DNA of 64,000 nucleotides. Origin: Octopus vulgaris. Taxonomy: Eukaryota. The notes under the pieces were generated by a model. It saw only the letters and a program-made list of their open reading frames with translations, did not search any database and was not told the DNA's origin. Made by a program: the position numbers and the translations under genes. Where the stretch lies: assembly GCA_951406725.2 (NCBI GenBank), contig OX597825.1:57846001-57910000 (forward strand). The letters run 5' to 3'. Below are positions 13,350 through 26,038 of this stretch, in pieces. Numbering within the stretch: the stretch's first letter is position 1; each line of letters starts with the position of its first letter.

Positions 13350-13480
13350 ACGAAAAAAAAGACGAAGACAAGTGGTGTACAAAATATACAGATGTATTTG
13401 TATAACGCTCGAGAATTGAAAAAGTCTTTTACGTTTCGAGCCTACGCTCTTCTACAGAAAGGGACACGGAAAAAAACAGT
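13345..13480 (-). mobile_element. Penelope-like terminal module, family P1, with hammerhead-like variant at 13426-13461
   Basis: Minus strand: CUUU-CUGUAGA-A-GAGC(GUAG)GCUC-GAAA-CG-UA-AAAG. Confidence 0.7.
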
Positions 13481-13692
13481 TTTACGTAAAGTTCAAAGGT
13501 TTTTGACGTCGTGGTGTATTGCAAGGATTTTTCATCAAGAGTAGAGTCCACAGTGATTCGTAGGTAGGAGAGATGCAGCCGGAGGGTAAATGTCCAAAAG
13601 AGAATCCGTAAAGAGTAGATAGAAAGTCAAAAAGGAGAAGTTCGTGTGTGATAAGAAATGACAGGATCAACTGGTGCGACCACGTGAGCGTA

Positions 13693-13757
<65 letters not shown>

Positions 13758-14258
13758 TACGACGATCTTTCTCGCGGCTTCTGTCTATCAAATTCACTCG
13801 CAAGATATTACTGATCGGCCCGATGCTATAATACAAGGCTCTTACTCAAGGTGCCGCGTAGTGGCAAACTTCTTAATCACACGCCAATGTCTGTATCTCC
13901 CAACTAATTTTCTTTCCATAAAATGTTCACATCCACTGACCACCTAACTTCCAGAACGAAACAGTTTGTTTCCAAAACAACCTCATGAAATTTGTTATGT
14001 TTGTGTTCAGTGAAAGTTTTGATTGGAATGTTTTGCCAATATTTCTTATATTGGAAAGAATCTATATACTTAACATCAGAAATATCTTTTTACTGGTGTA
14101 AAGTATCCCTCCCTCGAATGGCAGTGTATATTGTTTCAGTGACGAAGGCATGAGGATCGAATCAAAGATCGAATGGTTTGAAGTCAGCACAAAGATTTGC
14201 TTCCAGTGATGAGAAGGGCAGGCACTCCTCCATTACACGATTTAACTTATCTGTGACT

Positions 14259-14511
14259 GTGGAGGCGCGTAGCTCAGTGGTTAGGGCGTTGGAGCCATGA
14301 TCGTAAGATTGTGGTTTCCATTCCTGGACCGGGCGACGCGTTGTGTTCTTGACTAAAGCACTTCATTTCACGTTGCTCCAGTCCATTCAGCTGACAAAGA
14401 TGAGTAACCCTGCAACGGACAGTAGTCCCGTCAAGGTGGGGAAATTATACATCATGCAAACTGGGGAAACCGGCCCTTATGAGTCGACATGACTCGAGAA
14501 GGTTCTTTTTT
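14259..14511 (+). mobile_element. SINE group C variant
   Basis: tRNA-like head and 14-bp TSD ACTTATC(T/C)GTGACT at 14245-14258 and 14512-14525. Confidence 0.85.
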
Positions 14512-14909
14512 ACTTATCCGTGACTGATCCAGTGGCAAGGAGGAGACCCAGGAGGGTACGAATTCCAAAATGTTGAGGAGTGTGGAGCCACCTCTTAACT
14601 ACTATTGTTCCCGGTCTACTCTGATCCGGATTAGTAGCACATGTTGCAGTTCCAGCAACTGGCGTGCTTACTAAACCCTGCCTTACCTTCCTTACTTTGC
14701 CAAATCCAGAACAGCAGTATCCTAGGTATGACTTGAAACTGTATCCGATTGTGGGACCCTGGTATGGGAGTTCCAGGATTTTGAGAAGTGTGGAACCATC
14801 TCTTAGCGAGGTCATATACACAGGAAGAAAATACCTTGAGGAAATATCTGTGGGCTGTGACTGACTAGATGTGTAATGTCTAGTTATTACAGATCAAGGC
14901 GATGTGTAC

Positions 14910-15323
14910 GGCGCCGAGCTGGCAGAAACGTTAGCACACCGGGCGAAATGCTTAGCGGTATTTCGTCTGCCGTTACGTTCTGAGTTCAAATTCCATCGAG
15001 GTCAACTTTGCCTTTCATCCTTTCGGGGTCGATAAATTAAGTACCAGTTACGCACGGGTCGATATAATCGACTTAATCCGTCTGTCTGTCCTTGTTTGTC
15101 CTCTCTGTGTTTAGCCCCTCGTGGGTAGTAAAGAAATAGGTATTTCGTCTGCCTTTACGTTCTGAGTTCAAAATCCGCCGACGTCGACTTTGCCTTTCAT
15201 CCTTTCGGGATCGATTAAATAAGTACCAGTTACGCACTGGGGTCGATGTAATCGATTTAATCCGTTTGTCTGTCCTTGTTTGTCCCCTCTGTGTGTAGCC
15301 CCTTGTGGGCAGTTAAGAAATAA
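14910..15323 (+). mobile_element. SINE group B, internally duplicated (dimeric)
   Basis: Two consecutive GGTATTTCGTCTGCC...GTTCTGAGTTCAAA...AAGTACCAGTTACGCAC...AAGAAATA units. Confidence 0.85.
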
Positions 15324-15529
15324 GATGTGTAATGTCTACCACAGATATCTGACGTGAACATTTTTGTTTCCATCTTAAAGGTGTAAAGTGCTTTACTCTC
15401 TCTTTTGTTCAACAGATATTTAACAGCTACTTCTTGTTCTTGGATTGCAAAAGGTGTAATGTTATGTAATGGCCGTAAGTCCAAACGATATTGCATTTAC
15501 TGTTCATATTGGCATTATTCTCAAGTAAA

Positions 15530-15878
15530 TCGAGCAAGTGTCTTCTACTATAGCCTCGGGTCGACCAAAGCCTTTTGGGTGGATTTGATAGACGGAAACT
15601 GAAAGAAGCCTGTCGTATATATGTATATATATATATGTGTGTGTGTGTGTATATGTTTGTGTATCTCTGTTTGCCCCCCCCCCCCACATCGCTTGACAAC
15701 CGATGCTGGTGTGTTTAAGTCCCCGTAAATTAGCGGTTCGGCAAAAGAGACCGATAAAATAAGTGCTAGGCTTACAAAGAATAAGTCCTGGGGGATCGAT
15801 TTGCTCGACTAAAACGGTGCTCCAGCATGGCCTCAGTCAAAATGACTGAAACAAGTAAAAGAGTAAAAGAGAGTAAGA
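15530..15878 (+). mobile_element. SINE group A (5'-truncated)
   Basis: GCAAGTGTCTTCTACTATAGC...(TA)n(TG)n...GACTGAAACAAGTAAAAGAG. Confidence 0.85.
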
Positions 15879-16196
15879 GTATACGTAAGCTTTTGTTGAT
15901 GTGTGGAATGATTATCCGCTTAGATTTGTTGAGGTATGTTTGTCTAGCAAGCCTTGAGTCGCGGGGGACGTCATTAGTTGCTTCTTAAGGAGCTCACTCC
16001 GGTCACATAGAATGTTGCTGACCTCACTTTTAAGCTTTTGATTGATATTTGTCATTGCTTTTGTTGTTTAGTAGATGCTTCAAGGGTCGTCTAGACTAAT
16101 ATTAGGCCCTTTCAACCTTTGTTTCTTCTGGGATACAGTGTGTTGTTATCGCTATTGTGATAGAAATGTCCAACTTTCATCAGTTTTTATCCCTTA

Positions 16197-16449
16197 TCTG
16201 TTACTTGCTTCTGTCATTAGACTGCTGCCATGCTGGGGCACTGCATTGAGGAATTTTAGTCGAACAGATCGACCCCAGCACTTATTTTCTGTTTAAGCCT
16301 GATACTTAATCTATCGGTCTTCTTATGGTGAACCGCTAAGTTACGTGGCACACTGTAAGCACGCCAACACCAGTTGTCAAGCGGTGGGACAAACACACAC
16401 ACACACACACACACATACACACACACACTCACACACACACACGCGCGCG

Positions 16450-16484
<35 letters not shown>

Positions 16485-16637
16485 GTGATTGCGTGTGTGT
16501 ACGACAGGCTTCTTTCTTTTTCTATCCACCAAATCCACTCACAAAGCTTTGATGGGCTCGAGGCTCAAAGTAGCACGCATTAAGAGCGAACCTGGAACAA
16601 TTAGTTGGGAAGCAAACTTCTTACCACGGAGCCACGC
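16197..16637 (-). mobile_element. SINE group A (degenerate)
   Basis: Reverse-orientation match with an internal (CA)n tract. Confidence 0.75.
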
Positions 16638-17035
16638 AAATTTTAATATCGATTCAGCTGGATTACATCTATAATCCTGCCAAGTAGCCCAAATGTTGGT
16701 AGAAGTAACAGTTTGGCACATACACATGATAGGACATGGTCCTTTTGTAAGAAAAAAGTCCGAGAGCTCACTACCAGTCAGACATTCACATTTACTATCA
16801 CTATCCATCTTGCCATGAATATTGTGTCCTGAAAAAGGCTCCAATTCTGAACACTAAACTCAGTTCTATCTCTTCAAAACTTCGGACGACTGGAATATCC
16901 TCTCGCCACATGCTTTTTTTTTTTTTTTTTTGTTTTTTGCTGCTGTTCAAAATGAGCAATGACGGTCAGGAACAGCTCCTTCTGAGAACCAAATCCCCTA
17001 AAAGAATATATATCCATATATAATATAGTACTATA

Positions 17036-17109
<74 letters not shown>

Positions 17110-17135
17110 TGTATGTATGTATGTATGTATGTATG

Positions 17136-17216
17136 TATCATATGAATGTATGTATATGTATACACGCAGACATATATATAAATGTACACTATAAATATAC
17201 ATATATATTTATACAT

Positions 17217-17292
<76 letters not shown>

Positions 17293-17375
17293 ATATCATA
17301 TGAATTTATGTATATGTATACACACATATATATATATAAATGTACACTATAAATATACATATATATATTTATACA

Positions 17376-17426
<51 letters not shown>

Positions 17427-17508
17427 CATATGAATGTATGTATGTGTATACACACAGACATATATATATATAAATGTATTCTATAAATATACATATATAT
17501 ATTTATAC

Positions 17509-17514
<6 letters not shown>
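17136..17514. repeat. Three copies of an ~85-bp unit separated by variable microsatellites
   Basis: TATCATATGAAT...ATATAAATGTACACTATAAATATACATATATATTTATACATGTAC at about 17136, 17295 and 17424. Confidence 0.8.
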
Positions 17515-17563
<49 letters not shown>

Positions 17564-17564
<1 letters not shown>

Positions 17565-18349
17565 TGGGGGTGGACAAAATAATGGAAACACCTTGAAATT
17601 TCACTGTTTCCTGTATATCAGAGGGAACTGATTTCGTCCAGGAAAGTGACTTCCTAATTAGCATCATTGACAAGACCCAGGTAAATCGGAAAGCGGCTGG
17701 CATTCTCATGTATCACTGCTGGGACGATGTTCGTTTCACTCCGATTTACATAGTGTTTTTAACACAACAGGTCTATGAAAATATTTTCTCTTAGACAAAA
17801 TGCACAGCTTCATACTTTTCAATCGTGTATATAGCATTAAGTATGGTTCATAGACAGTGATTTCATCTATCAGAATTTTGCAGAAGAGGGAAGGTTGTTC
17901 ATAATTTCTCATGATTATTCGATAGAGTTCGTTAGTGTACGTGATTGTTCGGAATTCTCGAGATGTGACTGACGAGAATAGAAATTGTTTCATTAACTAA
18001 ATATTCTATCACTGTGTAATGAGAGATTGTTTTCCACGTCTGTGAGGAATTGCATTACCAATCTGATGACTTCATTCATAAAAATCTCTTGCCTTCTTCT
18101 ATACCAACAACTTTGTTTCTCCCTCTCTGTCACTCTGTCTCTTTCTCTCTCTCTTTCTCTCTGTCTATCTGTGTGTCTCTCTCCTTCTTTCTCTCCCTCT
18201 CTCAACACACACATACACACACTCAGACGTACGCATATATCTTACATTTAAGATATTGTTCTAAATATATAAAAAAAAATGTATTGTACTTTCTAAATAT
18301 AAACACCTATACATACATACATGTCTGTATGTGTTTCTTTGTATGTGTG

Positions 18350-18394
<45 letters not shown>

Positions 18395-18598
18395 GCTTAT
18401 AGTTCATCATATCAACCCGTAAGATATTTCATTTATTTAATTGCAAACTCTTTGTTGCACCACTGAGTTATGGGATATAAAGATATACCGGTGTAACCAT
18501 TACTACTTGCACAAGCACACACAACATACATGAGTGTGTATATGTATTCGTGCATGTGTATGAATATATACATGTGTGTGTATGTAAATATCTATCAC

Positions 18599-18633
<35 letters not shown>

Positions 18634-18676
18634 ATAAATATATATTTACATACACATGCACACACACCCTCATATG

Positions 18677-18713
<37 letters not shown>

Positions 18714-18725
18714 GGGGGAGGAGAA

Positions 18726-18776
<51 letters not shown>

Positions 18777-18818
18777 CATACATACATACATACATACATA
18801 CATACATACATACATACA

Positions 18819-18864
<46 letters not shown>

Positions 18865-19044
18865 CATATATATGTATTCTGATTATATCTAAGAAAAAAC
18901 AGCAATTTTAGCAAAACATATTAAGCAACACTAATAATAAATAAAAAAAAACATAAAAATAAACAAACTTTTGGCGCTTTTATAGATATTTCAAAATTAT
19001 GATGCTATGATGCTAGGTATTTCCATTATTTTGTCCAACCCCTG
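17564..19044. mobile_element. Tc1-like TIR pair flanked by TA
   Basis: Left TA-CTGGGGGTGGACAAAATAATGGAAACACC, right GGTATTTCCATTATTTTGTCCAACCCCTG-TA. No transposase lies between them. Confidence 0.6.
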
Positions 19045-19065
19045 TATGTATGTATTATGTATGTA

Positions 19066-19283
19066 TTCTCTTTTACTCTTTTATTTGTTTCAGTCATTTG
19101 ACTGCGGCCATGTTGGAGCACCGCCTTTAGTCGAACAAATCTTTGTAAGCCTAGTACTTATTCTATCGGACCCTTTTGCTCAACCGTTAAGTTACGGGGA
19201 CGTAGACACACCAACATCGGTTGTCAAGCGATAGCGGGGTACAAACACAGGCACACAAACATATACATACATACATACATACA

Positions 19284-19352
<69 letters not shown>

Positions 19353-19500
19353 GACGGGCTTCTTTTAGTTTCCGTCTACCAAATCCACTCATGAGGCTTT
19401 GGTTGGCCCAAGACTAAAGCAGAAGATACATGCCCAAGGCACTACGCAGTGGGACTGAACCCAGAACCGTGTGATTGGTAAGCAAGCTACTTACCACACA
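19066..19500 (-). mobile_element. SINE group A
   Basis: Reverse-orientation match with an internal (TACA)n(TA)n tract. Confidence 0.85.
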
Positions 19501-20435
19501 CACAGCATAAGAGAATGAGGTGTGTGTCGAGGTGTGAGTAGGACAAGCTTTTGCACAATTTAATTATATTAAATTCCAGTTCATAGCGAAAAATAACAAC
19601 ACCCATCGATTTGATAATTTAAAGTAATGACACGAAAAAATTTTCCGGTGCTGCTCTCTGCATAAAGAACATATAGCGAAACGGGGGCTAACAGACTTGA
19701 CGTACTGTGCCGAAACAAATGGCTAAGATTTGAAATTACAACCGAAATTAATGCAAAACTCGTTAACAGCAACGATATCTCCTCAATATATTAAAACCTG
19801 AATTGGGCACATGAAGGGGTGGGGTAGAATGGGACTATAAACACCCAGCAACAGGTCGCTCGACCTGGTTGAAGTAGCAGTCAAATATCCCTCAAATTAC
19901 ACTCTTCTATCTTAAAGAACACATTAAACAATAATGATCCAAAATATTGGATAGATATGACTGGACTACTTCTGATCCTATTTAATTAGTGTTTTACTAA
20001 GGTGTGTTCACCAACCACATCGTCATTTCTTGAATTCATTAATACAATGAGAGCTCATAGGTAATACATAGCTTTGAGTTGATTTGCATCTGTGCGTGAA
20101 AAATACAACGTTTCAGAAATTAGTACTTCACTAAAAAAGGAGAAAATACAGGCTTATTAGATTGTGGTATTCAGGTTTCTATTCCATATTGAGCCTGGAT
20201 TTTACCTGCTCCATTCCCTAAATTTGGATTTTTATTCGCATGCATAGCAACCCCAGTTGCTAGTCGAGAACCATAAAATAACTTTTTTCAGTTTATCGAA
20301 CTTAAATATGAGAAAAGTTTACAACCTTCTATGCCAACAAACCACTATTGTTCCTGAAAGTTGTCTTTTTATACCTTCTACTGAATATTCGAAGCTTACT
20401 AACTTCCTACACCTTTTACTAACTTTTACACACCA

Positions 20436-20489
<54 letters not shown>

Positions 20490-20599
20490 GCATATATATA
20501 TGTATGTATATATACACATATATATACATACATATATATATGTGTGTGTGTGTGTGTGTATAAATGCATATATTCGCACTTACACACACACTCGCTGTA

Positions 20600-20707
<108 letters not shown>

Positions 20708-20940
20708 GTATATATATATATATAAATGCATGTATGTATTGTATATATATATATATAATGTATGTATGTATGTATGTAATTATACGTATATAGTGTATAT
20801 ATGCTGCTTGCTTCCCAACCACATAGTTCCAGATTCAGACCATCTGCGTGACTCCTTGGGCAAGTGTCTTCTACTATAGCGTTGGCCCGACCAAAGCCTT
20901 GTAACTGGATTTGGAGGACGGAAATTGAAAGAATTCCGTC

Positions 20941-20976
<36 letters not shown>

Positions 20977-21167
20977 AATTGAAGCGCCAAAAATTAGTTC
21001 GGTATTATTCGTACAACTGAAAATAAAGTGAATAAAATCAAAATAAGCAACAGGATACCCAGAGAATACCCAGAGGATACCCAGGATACCCAGAGGTGGC
21101 GGGGGGGAGACAAACACTGACACAGTCACACACACACACACACACACTCATACACACACACACATAA

Positions 21168-21350
21168 GTATTATTCAATAAAAGTTGAGGAAATAGAGTT
21201 GGTAAAGACGTAAATTAATTTATTAACCTAGTTCCAAGTTAAAAACTGAATACAGTTCTTTTTTAAAAAACAAAACCTACGTACGTTTCGATTCCAGCCT
21301 ATAGATAAATACACACTCTCCATTTTCTCAACTTTTATTCAATAATACGT
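21168..21350. mobile_element. Short module with ~30-bp inverted ends and the 3' half of a hammerhead-like motif
   Basis: TATTATTCAATAAAAGTTGAG ... CTCAACTTTTATTCAATAATA. Minus strand 21276-21289 reads GAAA-CGUACG-UA-GG. Confidence 0.5.
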
Positions 21351-21460
21351 ATAATAATCCCATACATATTGTGGAGACTTCATCGAACGAACGAATCGTG
21401 GATTAAACTAGAGGAATCTTTTTTGAGGATAAGACATCCTCGAATTGACTATGAGTGTGT

Positions 21461-21497
<37 letters not shown>

Positions 21498-21704
21498 CGA
21501 TGGGTTTCTTTCAGTTTCTGTCTACCAAATCCACTCACAAGGCTTTGGTCGGCCCAAGACTATAGCAGAAGATACTACTTGCCCAAGGTGCCATGCAATG
21601 GGACTGAACCCGCAATCATATTGTTAGGAAGCAAGCTTTTTTACCACACAGCCACGCCTAAAGTATTAATTGTCATCCCTGGTATTTTTATATAGTGTAT
21701 GTAT

Positions 21705-21820
<116 letters not shown>

Positions 21821-21980
21821 CTTTATTTAAAGCAGCAGAAAATTCAGCAAAACCTGTTACTCTGAGTTTCAGAGTAACAGGTTTTGTTGAATTTTCTGCT
21901 GCTTTAAACAAAGCATATTACTCTACCACTGGTATTTGAGTACTCTTTTTTCTACCTTGTTTCACATTTATGTGTTTACT

Positions 21981-21982
<2 letters not shown>
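21821..21982. mobile_element. Palindromic Penelope-like terminal module in (TA)n
   Basis: 45-bp arms (21821-21865, 21869-21913), a 3-nt loop and a unique tail, with (TA)n on both sides. Confidence 0.7.
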
Positions 21983-22035
<53 letters not shown>

Positions 22036-22040
<5 letters not shown>

Positions 22041-22236
22041 TTTATAGAAGGAGCTTCTACAGGACTAGAACTGTTTCATTCAAAAGAAATCATCAAAAAG
22101 CTCTTCCTGATGATTTCTTTTGAATGAAACAGTTCTAGTCCTGTAGAAGCTCCTTCTATAAAATAAATTAATTTACTCTGCTATGTATTGAGTACCTTAT
22201 TTACTGTGGTTAACCCCGACTCAACCCGGGACCTAC
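22036..22236. mobile_element. Palindromic Penelope-like terminal module in (TA)n with CTGATGA...GAAAC core
   Basis: 60-bp arms (22036-22095, 22108-22167). CTGATGA is at 22107-22113, GAAA at 22126-22129 and GTC at 22138-22140. Confidence 0.7.
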
Positions 22237-22595
22237 ATATATATATATATATATATAGTGTATGAATTGTATGTAATGTTATGTTTATACGTATTTATAT
22301 CAATTACATATGTGTTTGTGTGTATGTATACATGAATGCACATATCGCTATATCCATACGTATGTTATAGATTTATGTGTGTATATCATAACATGTAGTT
22401 TCTTGTTTCTGGTCCTCAAAAACTGAATGTTCATAATTAGGATGGAAAAATTCTGAGTTACTACTGACTCAAACTAGTGTTGTTCATAAATATTTAATTA
22501 ATCCTTCCTAACCCAAGATTCAATACTTTCTTTTGCTTTGTTGCATACCATAACATTCTACTGATGCGCTACAACCAGCCATAGAAGAGTACAAA

Positions 22596-22676
<81 letters not shown>

Positions 22677-22865
22677 TACATCAGCACCTTTATGCGTGTA
22701 TTAGCGTTCGACTTTTTCTATCCAAAAAGGGCTTTCAACCCACTATTTTGCATGGTCTATTTATAGCTTTTTGTGGGCTTCGAGTTCCACGCTTGAATGT
22801 ATACAAACGGACACAAATAAATATACAGAGAGAGAGAGAGAGAGAGAGAGGCAGACAGATGTGTG

Positions 22866-22895
<30 letters not shown>

Positions 22896-22896
<1 letters not shown>

Positions 22897-23293
22897 CTCT
22901 TTTACTCTTTTACTTGTTTCAGTCATTTGACTGCGGCCATGCTGGAGCACCGCCTTTAGTCGAGCAACTCGACCCCAGGACTTATTCTTTGTAAGCCCAG
23001 TACTTATTCTATCGGTCTCTTTTGCTGAACCGCTAAGTTACGGGGACGTAAACACACCACCGTCGGTTGTCAAGCAATGGTGGGGGGACAAACACAGACA
23101 CACAAACATATACATACATACATATATATACATTTATACGACGGGCTTCTTCCAGTTTCCGTCTAACAAATCCACTCACAAGGTTTGGTCGGACCGAGGC
23201 TATAGTAGAAGACACTTGCCGAAGGTGCCACGCAGTGGGAATGAACCCGGAACCATGTAGTTGGTTGGTAAGCAAGCTACTTACCACACAGCC
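22896..23293 (-). mobile_element. SINE group A
   Basis: Near-complete copy, closely similar to the adjacent copy at 23505-23910. Confidence 0.9.
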
Positions 23294-23296
23294 ATA

Positions 23297-23405
<109 letters not shown>

Positions 23406-23469
23406 ATTGTGTTTAAATGTACACTAATTTTATATGGAATATATATATATATATATTCCATTTTATATG

Positions 23470-23504
<35 letters not shown>

Positions 23505-23506
<2 letters not shown>

Positions 23507-23910
23507 CTCTTTTACTTGTTTCAGTCATTTGACTGCGGCCATGCTGGAGCACCGCCTTTAGTCGAGCAAATCGACCCCCCCGGGACTTATTCTTTGTAAG
23601 CCCAGTACTTATTCTATCAGTCTCTTTTGCCGAACCGCTAAGTAACGCGGACATAAACACACTAGCATCGGTTGTCAAGTAATGCTAGGGGGACAAACAC
23701 AGACACACAAACACACACACACATACATATATACATATACATATATACGACAGGCTTCTTTCAGTTTCCGTCTACCAAATCCACTCACAAATCATTGGTC
23801 GGCCCGGGGCTATAGCAGAAGACACTTGCCCAAGATGCCACGCAGTGGGACTGAACCGGGAACCATGTGGTTGGTAAGCAAGCTACTTACCACACAGCCA
23901 CTCCTGCGCC
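23505..23910 (-). mobile_element. SINE group A, full length
   Basis: The minus strand starts GGCGCAGGAGTGGCTGTGTGGTAAG (A box), has GGTTCAGTCCC (B box) and an internal microsatellite, and ends in an AAACAAGTAAAAGAGTA tail. Confidence 0.9.
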
Positions 23911-24764
23911 TATAATATATATACATATACTAAAATGGGTGGTTTATTAGCAATTAGAACCTAAAGGCCATATTAATAAAGGTCACAAAAGTGACTGAGG
24001 GTACTGACTAGCATCGCTTTTGCTAAAAATAAGAGTTAGTCTAACTCAAAGCCACAAACGCACTCGAGCGTTTGTGGCTTTGAGTGAAAATGCTTAAGGA
24101 ATGAAATTAAATTAAAATAATGATTGTGCGGTTTCGCAATCACGAGATTTCAGGTTCAGTCCCACTACGCAGCTACATGGGGAAATTTCTTCAATTATAG
24201 TCGTGGACCGACGAATGCCTTGTGAGTGGACTATGTATGTATGTATGTATGTATGTATGTATGTATGTATGTATGTATGTATGTATGTATGTATGTATGT
24301 ATGTATGTATGTATGTATGTATGTATGCATGCATGCATGCATGCATGTATGTATGTATGTATGTATGTACGTACGTATGTATGTATGTATGTATGTATGT
24401 ATGTATGTATGTATGTATAGATGCATGTCTGTATGTGGTATGAATGTATGCATGCATGTATGTATGTGTATGTATGTATGTATGTATGTATGTATGTATG
24501 TATGTGTGTATGTGTGTATTTGTAAGTTTCTTTGTGTTTGTCCCTTCCCCCACCGCTTGACAACCGGCGTCGGTTTGTTTATAACCATGTAATATAGCAG
24601 TTTAACAAGCAGGATCGATAGAACAAGTGCCAGATTCTAAAATAAAAACCAAAAACCAAATATGTAAGTATTGGTGACAATATGATAGAGTAAACACTTC
24701 AAAGCGGTGTTCCAGTCTGACCCGCACTCCGGTAAGTGAAACGTAAAAGCATAAAAGAATAAAA

Positions 24765-24803
<39 letters not shown>

Positions 24804-24896
24804 TATATATATATATTAATATATATATATACAGAGGTAATTACGTAAACAAATAGATATATACATAACACATATTCATCACACACATGCACAAAC

Positions 24897-24937
<41 letters not shown>

Positions 24938-25303
24938 TACATACGATACTTTTAAACGAACATATATACATGTGTGTGTGTGCGTGTGTGTGTGTATCAT
25001 CGCACATTTATATACATATAAACAATTCTGACATTTTTTCGTTCTGAGTTCAAATCGTGCCGTGATTAAATTTGCTTTTTATTCCCTCAGGCTCGATAAA
25101 ACAGAGTACCAGTCAAGCAAGTAGCGGTGTCGATGTAATCGACTTGTCCACTCTCTCAAAATTTCTGGCCTCGAACCCTGCAACGGACTGGTGTCCCCAT
25201 CAGGAGAGTATTGTGGTCTCGGTCACCCATATGCCATGTAAACCGAGTAACCGACCTGACGAATTCCATAGTTCAGAAAATGCGCGCGCGCGCGTGCACA
25301 CGC

Positions 25304-25363
<60 letters not shown>

Positions 25364-25495
25364 GCACACACACACACACACACATACACACTCACTCACA
25401 CACACAGGCGAATATACTTCATTTCTGTATTTGAATTGTAATATTCTTAAAGTGAGTTTATGTAGTATTGGTGTAGTGGCCTCGCCAAGACACAA

Positions 25496-25557
<62 letters not shown>

Positions 25558-25563
25558 GTGTGT

Positions 25564-25636
<73 letters not shown>

Positions 25637-25638
<2 letters not shown>

Positions 25639-25849
25639 AGGGGTTGCAAGAAAGTTCCTGGCTTCTGGGTGGAAGAAAATACAGGAGAATAGGTTTATGA
25701 TTTCATTCAACACATTTCCCCTCAGATTCACACACTTATTGCAGTGGTCCTTCCGTTTTTCTAATTCCGTAAAAGAACTGGGAAGGTTGTGCCTCGAACC
25801 AGGCCTTTCACGACGCCCTGAAAGCCAAGGACTTTTCAGCAGCCATTCG
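25637..25849. mobile_element. Mariner-like MITE
   Basis: Imperfect TIRs (TGAGGGGTTGCAAGAAAGTTCCTGGCTT / AAGCCAAGGACTTTTCAGCAGCCATTCG). A second copy is at about 56498-56672. Confidence 0.6.
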
Positions 25850-25900
25850 TGTGTGCGTGTGGGGGGGTGTATGTATACATGTATATATATATGGATTATG

Positions 25901-25985
<85 letters not shown>

Positions 25986-26006
25986 ATATGTATGTATACA
26001 TTCTTG

Positions 26007-26038
<32 letters not shown>

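Noticed and set aside
17136-17514. Repeat-spacer pattern resembling a CRISPR array
   Set aside because: The spacers are microsatellites, the units are ~85 bp, the context is eukaryotic and there are no cas genes.
25256-25292. CTGACGA...GAAA followed by GCGCGC
   Set aside because: Stem II and stem I do not pair, and the GC run belongs to the adjacent microsatellite.
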